From: Octopus bimaculoides
Lineage: Eukaryota
Assembly: GCF_001194135.2 (NCBI RefSeq)
Contig: NC_068985.1
Coordinates: forward strand, 16,414,275 to 16,478,274
DNA length: 64,000 nucleotides
Reading direction: 5' to 3'
Below, one piece after another: positions 37,031 through 50,700 of this stretch; the stretch's first letter is position 1, and each line of letters starts with the position of its first letter. The notes under the pieces are model-generated. The model saw only the letters and a program-made list of their open reading frames with translations. It had not been told where the DNA came from and did no database searches. The translations under genes and the position numbers were made by a program.

Positions 37031-38461
37031 CAGAGCCATTGAAATGAAGTGTAGTGCTTCTTATAGTGGAAACAGCTATAAGCTAATGAAGATGATTATG
37101 TAACTCTTGCTCTTTTGTCAGTTATATACTGACATTATACTCTGTGTTCCCTCAAATGCTTCTCAACCGGGGACCATATAAGATTTTGATGTTAAAATTT
37201 ACCTTCAAAAATTTTCTTATACTTCTACAATACACAAAATATTTTAACAATTATACAATTCCTAATAATATTTGATTATAAAAATATGTGATTTTTTTAA
37301 AGAATTGAATAGCTAGAATCATCATCGTCGTCGTTTAACGTCCGCTTTCCATGCTAGCATGGGCTGGACGATTTGACTGAGGACTGGCAAACCAGCACAG
37401 ATGCTTTTTACATGGCCCCAGCACCCACAAGCCTATAAGATCAGGATCACTCAGCTGAAAAGGGATGCAAGGGACATGCCAGTATGCAAGGACAACCACA
37501 CGTTTTTAGGCAATACTTGCTGGTGGGGGTTTTCCAAATCTTACCTCAACCCCTTTTAGCTGCCTTTTTAAATCATGCAGAATAAACTTTGGGTCTATTC
37601 TTTGGCATGCCAGCCCCCACACAAAGACATCATCACAAATTAAATGAAATCAAAACAAAATTCATAAAAACATAAAAATTAAAAAAACACCTAAAATCAT
37701 ACACAGAAATGGAAAATAAAATAAAATACATGTAGAAACATGTAGAAACCATTTATCAAAGAATATATGAGCTTTATGAGCTAATAAATTTTTTAAATGC
37801 TTTTTCATGTTATGTTGCTTCTTGAGTTAAGTTGCAATGTCTTGAAACCAATTATGAACATTAAGTTTAACTCTTTAGCATTTAAATCGACCATATCCAG
37901 CCCAAATATTCTGTTTTATGTTCAAGCAGGCCAGGTCTGGCATCTCATACCTACTCTTCAATGTCATTCTAAAAATAATGAAGGACATATTTGAAATTTC
38001 AGCAGCATGAGGTAAGGCATGATTAATTCAAAACAATGTGAATAAAATATGGATTATATTTGACAGAGTAATTTGAATGCTAAAGGGTTAAGTATAACTG
38101 TATTAGATTCACAAAGCTTCATTCACCTGTTGTACACACTCTCTGTTGGTCAGTATTTGATCTAATGTAAAGTTTGGTAGAAATGACTGTTATAGTCTAT
38201 GTTACTGCCAGTGTCTTTTACAGCAGCAGCCAGTTATCATAGCACAGTGATACACATAGGATAGAATATCAGTTACAAGTTCGTGTATGTGTGTTGCATG
38301 GCAGTGATTGCTGCTATAGTTAGACGTTGCCAAGGAAAGCTTTGGTAGCTGCTGAACAAATTGGTTGCATTTATATAAGAAAACACGCGCGCACGCATGC
38401 AAATATATACTGTATGTTTTGCTTGTATGCACCTGTATATACTTACACACACACACATATA

Positions 38462-38512
<51 letters not shown>

Positions 38513-38713
38513 NNNNNNNNNNNNNNNNNNNNNNNNNNNNNGTATATTGCCACTTAAGTGTGGCTGACCCCTAGGGGTGGATGTTACTGTTGCTTTTAGC
38601 CCCAGGAGGACATCTCCTCCAGCTGGCTTATCGACACACGACTGTGTCCTGTTTGCCAAGGGAAGTTATCCCTCTCACCTCGATCTGCAGCACGAACGTA
38701 TCCGGATTTCAGG

Positions 38714-38885
38714 GTTATTTCCCTTCGTCGGCGCCCGATAGCTGCTGACCTTGGCGAGAGAGACAAAAACCTGGCAATCTTATATCTTCTTTTCCAGTGA
38801 AATTCTTCACTGATATCGAAAAGGTGAAAACCTTGTCTCTCTCGCCAAGGTCAGCAGCTATCGGGCACCGACGAAGGGAAATAAC
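38714..38885. repeat. Hairpin with 53-bp arms (1 mismatch)
   Basis: 38714-38766 versus 38833-38885. Confidence 0.9.
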
Positions 38886-38987
38886 TTCATGCACCAACAT
38901 GCACGCACACACACGTATGTTAGCCTCATGGTTGTCTCCCTTACTACCCATGCCCAAAGCAATTCCTTAAGAGAACTAAGGGTGCGT

Positions 38988-39205
38988 TGAAGTATGTTGT
39001 TTTATAAAGGAGAGTTAACTGAATGAAGCTGGCTTATATTCGAAGTCTTTTATATAATGAAACAGGTTTATACAATGATTAAACTAGGTTATGCATTGTC
39101 TGTGTTCGATCACATTTTGACAAATCTTTTATATTCAATATTGTTGTATAGAAGTTCATCTGTATATGAGAGACTGAGGTGAAAATAGGCAAGTTGTTCA
39201 TCTAC
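38988..39205. mobile_element. ~220-bp repeat, possible short solo LTR (second copy 44793-45011)
   Basis: Both start TGAAGT.TGTTGTTTTATAAAGGAG and end AAGTTGTTCATCTAC; the second copy has TG...CA ends. Confidence 0.55.
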
Positions 39206-39992
39206 TCCTTTATCACTTCTGGCCATTTATATATGGCTACTCTTTCTTTCAGAAGAACAGTGTACGCTCAAAACATAAATGACTTTTCCTTTTATTTTTC
39301 CCTGTTTCTTTAATGTAAATCTAACGAACACTGTTTTCTACCTTATCCTGTGATATATTTTTGTCACCATATATATATATATATATATATGTGTGTGTTG
39401 CATCAACTGTATGGTATATATGCTACAATGTGTAACCATTAAACATTATTTCTTAATTTTTAACATTTATTTACAATTCAGTTTGCTTAAGAAATGATGG
39501 TTACTTATAGTACAAATGTATTTTAAGTCCATTATTGAAACATCTGTACATATCAAGTCCATTATTGAAACATCTGTATTTCAATGAATACTTTTAAACA
39601 CATACACAAACATATATGTATGAAATAGATATCTGAGATGTTTTGCCCAAAGCAGAGACTGCAGGAGGTACACAGAGATAATACAAACTCTTCTTTTGAT
39701 GGGTGACTATATCTTCAGTAGGTATCACAGGAACACAAGTATTTTCCCCCTTAGCCTGTACATTTTGCCAGAACCAAACAGTGCAGAATGAATTAACCTT
39801 CTCCTACAGTAGGTGAGAGAGTTTGTGTGTGGGGGGGATGGATAGATACATACATACATATACGTACTCACACACACACACACATGCACACATTAAAAAC
39901 CTATGTCCAAGTTTGATCTTTCTCATATTTATGCTGGTTTGGAACAATAACATTCCTAAATCTAGTGGTGATGATGATGAACATAAAAACAA

Positions 39993-40037
<45 letters not shown>

Positions 40038-41144
40038 NNNNNNNNNNNNNNNNNNNNNNNNNNNNNNNNNNNNNNNNNNNNNNNNNNNNNNNNNNNNNNN
40101 NNNNNNNNNNNNNNNNNNNNNNNNNNNNNNNNNNNNNNNNNNNNNNNNNNNNNNNNNNNNNNNNNNNNNNNNNNNNNNNNNNNNNNNNNNNNNNNNNNNN
40201 NNNNNNNNNNNNNNNNNNNNNNNNNNNNNNNNNNNNNNNNNNNNNNNNNNNNNNNNNNNNNNNNNNNNNNNNNNNNNNNNNNNNNNNNNNNNNNNNNNNN
40301 NNNNNNNNNNNNNNNNNNNNNNNNNNNNNNNNNNNNNNNNNNNNNNNNNNNNNNNNNNNNNNNNNNNNNNNNNNNNNNNNNNNNNNNNNNNNNNNTTAGG
40401 GATTTCTTCCGGTATAGGGGAGATAATCGAAATCTAGGAGGTGGTAGAATTTGATTAATTTACCATGGTTTTGTTCTATATTTTTTTCCCCTTTTTTCTC
40501 AGTGGGGTGATGAATTTCCTTATTTAAATGTGTTAGCAATGGTTAAGTTTGGATTTGTATTTTTGAATGAACAAGGTTTCCTTATTTAATCTAATCTGTG
40601 TTGGTGTTTTAATGGCACATTGATAAAAAGGAAAAATTAAAAATTGTGGTAGCATTTGTTTTGCGCATTTCTCAATATGATCACTAAAAGGTATCATTCG
40701 GTATTCTGGGTATGCAATCTGCTGGCGGTGCAGAGTGCATCTACGTCTGAGCGATACATATAAAACCAAAAAAGAGAGAACACAGTGTTCATATTCACTC
40801 AATATATTTCAAAGCATCGGAATACTCCACACCATGCATAGATGCATTCATATACACAAGATATAATATAAAAATTCATAAATATATAAATATATAAAAA
40901 TACATAAATGTACTTGTGAGGTTGTATGTCCATATTAAAATCAATGAAGACATTAAAATATGTGGATGGTGAATGTATAGCAGTAATCCAAATAGATGAG
41001 AAAGTTGGTATAAAATGATTTTAAAAGGAATCTTGATCAGGTGCAAAGTCTAACGGCCATTTTGAGAAGATATAGATTGGTATGGGCAAGTTAATTCCAA
41101 CCATAACAATTATTTATATTTCTCTCATCAGTGTTAATCTAAAG

Positions 41145-41179
<35 letters not shown>

Positions 41180-41183
<4 letters not shown>

Positions 41184-41880
41184 TCATCATCATCGTTGCT
41201 TAACGTCCGCTTTTCATGCTGGCATGGGTTGGACGGTTTCACTGAGAGCTGATGAGCCAAAAGGCTGCACCAGGCTCCAATCTGATTTGGCAAAGTTTCT
41301 ACAACTGGATGCTCTTCCTAATGCCAACCACTCACAGAGTGTAGTGGGTGCTCATATGTGCCACCGGCATGAGGGTCAATCAGGTGGTACTGGCATCGGC
41401 CACGCCCAAATGGTACTTTTTACGTGCCACCTGCACAGGAGCCAGTCCAGCGACACTGACAACGACGATGCTCAAATGGTTTTTATTTATGTGCCATCAT
41501 CACAGGAGTCAGTCAGGCGAAGCTGGTAAGATCATGCTCGAGTGATGCTTTTTATGTGCCACAGGCACAGAAGCCTGTCAGTGGCCCCGGCAATGATCAT
41601 GCTCGAATGGTGCTTTTAACGTTTCACTGGCACAGGGGCCAATTAGGCGGTACTGTCATTGGTCACGACAACAATTTCACTTGCCTCAACAGGTTTTCGC
41701 AAACATAGTTTATTGTCCAATGATTGAAGGGTATTCTTAAATGGGCTGGTTATAGAGCACGGTTACGGTCTCACTTGGCTTGCCAGGTCTTCTCAAGCAC
41801 AGAATATCTCCAAAGGTCTCGATCACTTGTCATTACCTCGGTGAGGCCCAATGTTCGAAGGTTGTGCTTCACCACATCAT
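41180..41880 (-). mobile_element. Older RTE-type 3' end
   Basis: (ATC)n tail and diverged version of the 53065 element, including the internal repeated blocks. Confidence 0.75.
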
Positions 41881-42688
41881 ATATATTTATATGCATGTAT
41901 ACACTATCATGCATAAACATGAATACCCATGCAGAGAGATATATATTTCATACATACATACATACATATATATNNNNNNNNNNNNNNNNNNNNNNNNNNN
42001 NNNNNNNNNNNNNNNNNNNNNNNNNNNNNNNNNNNNNNNNNNNNNNNNNNNNNNNNNNNNNNNNNNNNNNNNNNNNNNNNNNNNNNNNNNNNNNNNNNNN
42101 NNNNNNNNNNNNNNNNNNNNNNNNNNNNNNNNNNNNNNNNNNNNNNNNNNNNNNNNNNNNNNNNNNNNNNNNNNNNNNNNNNNNNNNNNNNNNNNNNNNN
42201 NNNNNNNNNNNNNNNNNNNNNNNNNNNNNNNNNNNNNNNNNNNNNNNNNNNNNNNNNNNNNNNNNNNNNNNNNNNNNNNNNNNNNNNNNNNNNNNNNNNN
42301 NNNNNNNNNNNNNNNNNNNNNNNNNNNNNNNNNNNNNNNNNNNNNNNNNNNNNNNNNNNNNNNNNNNNNNNNNNNNNNNNNNNNNNNNNNNNNNNNNNNN
42401 NNNNNNNNNNNNNNNNNNNNNNNNNNNNNNNNNNNNNNNNNNNNNNNNNNNNNNNNNNNNNNNNNNNNNNNNNNNNNNNNNNNNNNNNNNNNNNNNNNNN
42501 NNNNNNNNNNNNNNNNNNNNNNNNNNNNNNNNNNNNNNNNNNNNNNNNNNNNNNNNNNNNNNNNNNNNNNNNNNNNNNNNNNNNNNNNNNNNNNNNNNNN
42601 NNNNNNNNNNNNNNNNNNNNNNNNNNNNNNNNNNNNNNNNNNNNNNNNNNNNNNNNNNNNNNNNNNNNNNNNNNNNNNNNNNNNNNNN

Positions 42689-42724
42689 AGGGTTAGGGTT
42701 AGAGTTAGGGTTAGGGTTAGGGTT
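42689..42724 (+). repeat. Interstitial (TTAGGG)n tract at a gap edge
   Basis: AGGGTTAGGGTTAGAGTTAGGGTTAGGGTTAGGGTT; true length hidden by the ~700-nt gap. Confidence 0.9.
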
Positions 42725-43258
42725 AATTGTTTCAGAATCGTTTGTTTATGTAGTCGGCGCTTAATGTATATCGGCTGAATGGACGTCAGTGATTGGTTGA
42801 AATTACAGAAATACGACAACTTTAACATGGAATAATTTATGGATTTCTTTTTTTTTTAAGAAGACTAAGAGAAAAAGATGTTTTATATGACACATTCTAC
42901 CAGTGTTTCGTTAATGAAAAATGTGGCCCCCGTTTTAAAAAAGATCCAAATTATTTCCTTATCTTTCAATACATCTCAATGCTTCTAAAGCAAACTTTGT
43001 TGCCTTTCAACGTAGGTTGAATTTAACATATGATAGAATCTTATAAAGCTACATTTATATATCCTAAATTTGCAGAAGAATTTGTTGTTGGGGCAGTTTA
43101 GCTGAATGGTAAAGCCTTTGATGCGTAATCACAAGGATGTGAATTCAAGTCTCATGGCTGGATGCCAACAGATTTTTCAGCAAAATATGGATAGTTTATC
43201 CTGTTCATGCTATATCATTAGCATTATCCTGCGTTTGAGAATAAAATTATTTCCTTAC

Positions 43259-43307
<49 letters not shown>

Positions 43308-43374
43308 AAAAAAAAACAATAACAAAAAAACAAAAAAACAACAAAGTGAGGACGTGATATGGATAGTATTATTG

Positions 43375-43431
43375 GACGCTCAGGAAAGGAAAGAGAGAGT
43401 GTATGACGTTTCGGGCGTAGCCCTTCGTCGG
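43375..43431 (-). ncRNA. Minimal hammerhead-ribozyme-like motif with core variant
   Basis: Minus strand: CCGACGA-A-GGGC tac GCCC-GAAACGTCA...TGAGCGTC. U4 of CUGA is replaced by C. Confidence 0.6.
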
Positions 43432-43497
43432 AAAGATGGAAAGTTCGGAGAATGGAAGAACGGAGAAAGAGGAAAATGGTACCGATGCCCACGAGGT

Positions 43498-43529
<32 letters not shown>

Positions 43530-45419
43530 TACTGGTTTCAGATTCTGGCTCAAGACCAATAATTTCAGGGGAAGGGCTAAGTTGATAACACTGGTCCTAG
43601 AGCTCAACTGGTACTTATTTTATTATCCCCAAAAGGATGAAAGGCAAAGGTGGCCTCATTGGAGTTTGGACTCAGAATGTAAAGACTGACAAAATACTGC
43701 TAAGCATTTTGCCCAGCATGCTAATAACAATTCTGTCAGCTTGCTGCCTTATTGAGTTTATTTATATATACAACCAGTTTTCTATGCCAGTATGATAATG
43801 ATGATAATGATGCACACACACTCACATACACACACATGAAGCAGCTGTTGCCGATAGATAACTCCCTATACTTCTATTCCCTCCTTACTCTAGCCATCAT
43901 TATTTCTCTTTAAACACTGTTAACACTAATTATGACTAATTATGTCATATAACACACTGAAATAATATTGAAATAATATATCATTACTAACATACCATCT
44001 GAACTGCTTTTTGACTTCAGTTCACGAGTATGCCTTCTGTTAATTTCTATAATAACCTTGGCAGTACATTAAAACTTTTGACCTAGAGGTAAACAGCACC
44101 AATGACAGCTACCCAGTTACCAAGCTTTTTGTATATAATGAACAGTTATTAAAGTGTTATATGGGTAAAAGCATGGCCATGTGGTTAAGAAGTTCCTTAT
44201 GCATATTACATAATTAGTTTTAATCATCATCCAAGGTTGACGAGTACTTTGGTAGCAGAATTTGCTAGACAGATACCATCATGTAATAATAATTTCAGTC
44301 TATAATAAATTACTTTATATGTCTTCACCAATAAACATGTTATGCATTATAGACTGAAATCAATATTACATGATGAAGGCTGTGAAATGGTCGTAATCCT
44401 ATGGTTATCAAGAGGTTAAATTAGTATATTAAACTCTCACGTTCACATAACACACATACATATATACATATATGTGTATGTATGTATGTATGTATGTATG
44501 TGTGTGCGTGTATATGTTTGTAGGGGGTATTTGTGCCCCCAACATCACTTGACAACCAATGCTGCTGTGTTTATGTCCCCGTAACTGAGCAGTTCGGCAA
44601 AAGACACCAATAGAATAAGAATTTGGCTTACAAAGAATAAGTCCTGGGGTCAATTTGCTCAACTAAAGGTGGTGCTCCAGCTTGGCTGCAGTCAAAAGAC
44701 TGAAACAAGTAAAAGAATATATATGTGTGTGTGTGTATTATGTGAATATTATAGATGTATTGATCAAATATATGGTAGGAACAAGGATACACTGAAGTGT
44801 GTTGTTTTATAAAGGAGTGTCGACTGAATGAAGTTGGCTAATACTCGAAATGTTTTATATAACGAAACTGGTTTATATAATGATTAAACTAGGTTATGCA
44901 TTGTCTGTGTGAGATTACATTTTGACAAACACTGTATATTTAATATTGCTGTATAGAAGTGTGTTTGTCTATGAGAAACTGAGGTGAAAAAAAGCAAGTT
45001 GTTCATCTACAATATCCATATGAAAGGCATACAAACTATGTGTGTGAGGGAGGCATACTGTCAGTTATTGTTAAGCTTCAGGTCAACCTTGAGTAAGTAA
45101 AAAAATCTATGATTTGAGACTTTTCAACTGTGACTATCCGGCCATTTTGTAAAGGGTACAAACGATTATATTATCCAATACTTTTTGTGCATTTTTCATT
45201 TTGAAAGAGAGTAGGGCATGTATAGGAGAAATCTGGTTATTATTTCTAGCAGGTCAGGAATCAATGTAGCTGCCAGATTAGCCTATTTACTTTAGTTATA
45301 CCATATTTACTCCTGTATAAGTTGTACATTGAAAAAACTGGAGTGCAAAGGTAAAAATATGAAAGGAAAAATTTAGTATCGAAATTTAACACTAAATTAG
45401 TCTAACTTATACGAGAGTA

Positions 45420-45765
45420 AATATAATACTCTAAGACAAGGATTCTCAACCATTTTTTATCTATGGACTCCTTTGATTACTATTCTATTCTGGTGGATTC
45501 CCATAGCCATTTGATGTTTAAAAACTAGTTTTATCGAAACTTCTTTCAAAATTCCGATTTTGTTTCTCACACATTAACTTTGTATAAGTTGAACTATGTA
45601 AAAATGTGAGAGGAAAAGAAACCTAGCTGTTTCTTGCAATACATACCTATACATACATCTAAAGTAAAAATTTTTCAGGGATCCTTAAGATACTATTGTG
45701 GATCCCAAAAAATCCTTTATGGACTCTCAGGGGCCATATGGACCCCAACTAAGAACCACTGTACT
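45420..45765. mobile_element. hAT-like MITE
   Basis: Ends CAAGGATTCTCAACC / AAGAACCACTG resemble decayed CAGTGGTTCTCAAC TIRs; partial copy at about 37160-37310. Confidence 0.55.
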
Positions 45766-46129
45766 AAGAGAAAGTGGCACCACTGAATTTTTCCAGGGCC
45801 AGATTTACCATGGTTGTCATCATCATCACCATCAATTAATGTCTGTTTTCTATACAAGCATGGATACAATGGTTTGATATGATTCAGCGAGCCACATGGC
45901 TATGCCAAGCCTCGATGTCTGCTTTGGCATGGTTTCTATGGCTGGACACCCTTCCTAATGACAACCACTTCAGATGGCACTGGTGAGGTTGCCAAATAAT
46001 TTGCAAGACAGAGTGAACAGGGGAAAAGGAAAAAGCCCCTGCTACTAAGATGGAGAGTATTTGAGGCAGGGAAGTGGCTTTATACCAAGGCTAAGTATGA
46101 TTAAGGGACAATCATACGCGTCTTGCTAC

Positions 46130-46990
46130 AGAGGGGATACATGGCTACCACACATTATATAAGTATATATTCCCAGAACACCAGAATTAACTGATGAAAT
46201 CCAGGGGGTCATCAACAATGATCTCAGCAAGTCAATGCGTGCCATTGCACAGGAGAATGGTGTGGATAAAAAGTTCATCAGGCTGGTGGTGCATGAGGAC
46301 ATTTGCAATTTTTCATACAAGATGAGGAAGGGTCAATGTCCAAACTGATGCAAGAAAAACAATTCTAGCACATCAAGAAGCTGATCAACAAGTTGAAACA
46401 CTCACTAGAGCCAGTCATGCTGTGATTCTTCCCCAATGAGAAGAATTTCTGTCAAGACCAGAAAATCAACTCCCAAAACAACAGGTGGCTTGCTGCCTCA
46501 CCCAAGCAGACAAAATTTCCAGGGACAATCATGGTCTTCAGTATCATCAGCAGTAAAGGTGACATCTCTGAGAGCCTCAGGCTAAACACCAATGGCTTCA
46601 ACCATGTCATGTGTGAGGTAGTGAAGCCCTGGATCAACTAGGTAACTGCAGGGAGGCCATACATGTGGTAGCAAGACATTGTGTCCTGCCACACTAGATG
46701 GAAAACCCAGGCCTGGCTGTCAGAGAATTTCTTTGATCACACAGCATGTAACATTTGGCCTCCGAACTCACCTGGCTTCAATCCCTTCAATTTCTTTGTG
46801 TGGGGCAAAGTGGAATGAAAGTCCAACAAATCCAGCTGCAACACAAAGGATGAGCTGAGGGTCAGGATTACCAGGGCCTTCGGGGGCCTAAAACAGAAGA
46901 TAGTGACAAAGGCCTGTGGCTGGTTCCAAGGTCACCTGCTGACTGTCATTGAGGGCAAGGCTGGCTCATTGAGCGAAATCAACAAAATAC
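46130..46990 (+). mobile_element. Tc1/mariner superfamily (maT/DD37D-like) transposase remnant
   Basis: FFPNEKNFCQDQKINSQNNRWLA, TKFPGTIMVF and WPPNSPGFNPFNFFVWG (WPPxSPDLNP.D..VW motif), with stops and frameshifts. Confidence 0.8.
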
Positions 46991-47495
46991 TTCATGAAAA
47001 CAAACTGACTCAAGTTTGACAAGTATATCTCAAAAAATAAAAACACTATTTCATTTTTTCCAGAGACAGTCATCAAGCAAACAAATACAGTCTGCACTCT
47101 CTCCCTCTGTCTGACTGTCTGTGCATGTGTGTTTATCATCATCATCATCATTTAACGACCACTCTCCATACTGGTATGGGTTAGACCATTTGACTGGAGC
47201 TGGTAAACCAGAGAGCTGCACCAGGTTCCAGTCAGATTTGGCAATGTTTCTACAGCTGAATGCCCTTCCTAATACCAACTCCTCCANNNNNNNNNNNNNN
47301 NNNNNNNNNNNNNNNNNNNNNNNNNNNNNNNNNNNNNNNNNNNNNNNNNNNNNNNNNNNNNNNNNNNNNNNNNNNNNNNNNNNNNNNNNNNNNNNNNNNN
47401 NNNNNNNNNNNNNNNNNNNNNNNNNNNNNNNNNNNNNNNNNNNNNNACAACAAAAGAATGAAAGAGACCTCAATATTATGTAAACAGAGGAATTT

Positions 47496-47706
47496 ATCTG
47501 TAGTATATGTGACAATTATTCAGTTGCCATAATAAAACTCCGAGTTTTGGATGTTGGGGCGGAAACCTGCACCAGCATCTCTTCAGTTATCATAGCATAT
47601 TTTGATTGCCTCGATAACTGAAGAGATGCCGGTGCAGGTTTCCGCCCCGACATCCGAAACTCAGAGTTTTATTATGGCAACCGAATAATTGTTACATATA
47701 TTACAG

Positions 47707-47708
<2 letters not shown>
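47496..47708. repeat. Long hairpin: 96-bp arms, 21-nt loop
   Basis: 47496-47591 versus 47613-47708; 7 mismatches, all transitions. Confidence 0.92.
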
Positions 47709-47742
<34 letters not shown>

Positions 47743-50700
47743 TATATTATTACTTTGTCAAGCAGTGTAGATGGAAAATGCAATGGACCTGAAACAATAA
47801 TAAACTCCTTAAAATGTATGCAGTAGTTAAAAGACCAATTTTTGTATGACACCAATCTTGCAAGATATTCCCAACTGCTTTAAGAAACCTTGAAGTTTCA
47901 GTGGGTTTGACACTAATATTCAATCACAACTGGTGTCACTTTTACATTACGCTCCCACATTCTCAGCAGTTTTGTGGTTTCCATTTTCAGTTCAAAGTAC
48001 TTGACAATTTTTTCAACCTCTTTCCTAACAATGCTCATGTCATATGGTATGGCTATGTCAATGATCTAACAGTGTATGTCTTTCTCTTTCTTTACATGTT
48101 TTTGATTTATATTAGCCGTTGTGGCCAATAAAACAGAATTATTATTATTATTATCATTACTACTTGTGTGTGTGTGTGTGTGTGTGNNNNNNNNNNTGTG
48201 TGTGTGTGTGTGTGTGTGTGTGCGATGGGCATCATACAGTTTTATCAACCAGCCAAATACACTCAAAAGGGTTTGGTTGGCCAAGTGTCAAAAGAGAAGA
48301 ATTGCCCAAGGTGCTGGACTGTAAGACTTAACCCAAAAACCATGTAGTTGGTAAACAAACATGTTACCTATAGGGGGTTCCTATAAGGTTGTAATCCACC
48401 CCTGATTGGAACTCTCCCGTATGACATGTACGCGTGCTCAGTGACTTGCTTTAACAGTTGCAATCAGCTGAATGCACATTGCCAGTGACCTTTGACATAA
48501 TTACCCACACTGTGGTCAGGATTCTTTTTTTGGTTTGATGTCGGTATTGAAGGGATTACCAGACACAGGACAATACAGTGAGAGCAGCTTTCACTCACAT
48601 CGTGGTATTCGATGCTGTGTACGTGTCTGTCGTGGTAAAATATGCCACTCCTTAACAGTTGCTTTGCTTTCATCCTTAGCACAAGGTAATTATGTCATTA
48701 TTTGTGAAATTCGGCAACTTACAAAGATCTTTAGATCAGGCAATACTTCACCGAGAGGAGATATAAGCTTCTGCTTATTCCTGTCTGAAGTATCGTCCGA
48801 TACTTCAGACTTATCGTCCGATGAANNNNNNNNNNNNNNNNNNNNNNNNNNNNNNNNNNNNNNNNNNNNNNNNNNNNNNNNNNNNNNNNNNNNNNNNNNN
48901 NNNNNNNNNNNNNNNNNNNNNNNNNNNNNNNNNNNNNNNNNNNNNNNNNNNNNNNNNNNNNNNNNNNNNNNNNNNNNNNNNNNNNNNNNNNNNNNNNNNN
49001 NNNNNNNNNNNNNNNNNNNNNNNNNNNNNNNNNNNNNNNNNNNNNNNNNNNNNNNNNNNNNNNNNNNNNNNNATCTGTCGACTATCGCTAGTGTTACATT
49101 TCAAAAACCCCGCGATAGGTGAAACAGTACTGAACTATATATATATATATATTATTTTTATAATATGTATATATTTATTCTATTATAAATGCAAAACAAC
49201 AAGGAGGAATCGATGTAAGCTTAAATAATAAACTGCTATAGGCGAACCGTGATAGGTGAACCGCAATATGGTGAGGGATTATTGGGTGTATATATACATG
49301 TGTGGGGTGTATATATATATATATATATATATACAGACACACACACACATCATATTGCATTTATTCGTGTCAAATTTCGGTACAAGGCCAGCAATTTTTA
49401 GGGAAGGGCAAGTCCATTGCTCAACTGATTCTTATTTTATCAACACCAAAAGGATGAAAGGCAAAGTCGACCTCGGCAGAATTTGAACCCCAAAACAAAA
49501 GATGAATGAAATGCAGCTAAACATTTTGTCTAGCATACTAGTAATTCTGCCAGCTCCCCAACACATTGTATATATATATATTAAAAGGTCTGAGAGTAAA
49601 CCCACCAAAGACTGCCTCTATTGAAGTGTTCACATTTTAATTAAAATCTCTATCAAAATCTCATTGCACGAGATATCACTTTTTCGGCCCGAAACATTAA
49701 ATAAACCAATATAACAAAGTTACAAAAGTTTTTTTGTAAATCACTCTAAAATCTTGCTTAATTAAAAAACATTAATGAAAAATGTGGCCCCCGTTTTAAA
49801 AAAGATCCAAAAAAGGAAACACTCTAAAAAAATCATTTATGAATATTCAATGATATTTTCTAATATGAAAGAAAACATATTCGTAACAAAGGACCTAAGT
49901 CCTGATATAATTAGTTAGCTTTACATAAGAGACTTGGCATTTCAATTTACTACATACGGTGGGATAAATGGTGCTGGAGGTACTGAAACTAATTGAATAA
50001 CCGTTAGCTTGTTTTTTGTGTTTGTGTATGTGTGTGAGCATGTGTATGAATGTGTGTGTGTTCGAATGTTCCCACCATTAAAATTACTGTAGGAGCCAAG
50101 GGAGGCAATTAACCTCTATGCGTTTGCTTGACATGCTAGAAATAACAGCCACATTTCCTTCAAATACAACTTACCATTTTGAAAAGGAAAATACATAGGA
50201 TAATGTTATCATATATATATATGTATATAGGTGTCATTATGTTTGTGTTTCTCCCCGACCACCACTTGACAACCATTGTTGATTTGTTTATATTCCTATA
50301 TTAGCAGTTGAACACAAAAAAGGCAGATAAAGTATTAGGCTTATAAAAAAAAGTACCGGAGTTAATTTGTTTGCCTAAACCCTTGAAAGCAGTGCCACAG
50401 CATGGTTGCAGAAACAAGTGAAAGATAAAAGGCAAATATTTATTTTTGGAAAAGCAGCATTGTGTGTCCTTAAATATTATTTTACATTAAGGTGGCAAGT
50501 TGGCAGAATCATTAGCACACTGAGCAAAATGCTTTGCAGTATTTTATCTGCCATTATGTTCTGAGTTCAAATTCCACTACGGTTGACTTTGCCTTTTATC
50601 CTTTTGGGAGTAGGTGAAATAGCTAGCAGATGAGCAATGGACTCGATATGATCAAGTTAAGCGAAATTTCTGGCTTTGTGCCAAAATTTGAACCTATTAC

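Noticed and set aside
42689-42724. True chromosome end
   Set aside because: Sequence continues on both sides and the tract lies within the inferred intron of gene B.
43090-43165. tRNA-like sequence
   Set aside because: Degenerate A/B boxes and no convincing acceptor or anticodon stems; more likely a SINE head or tRNA pseudogene.
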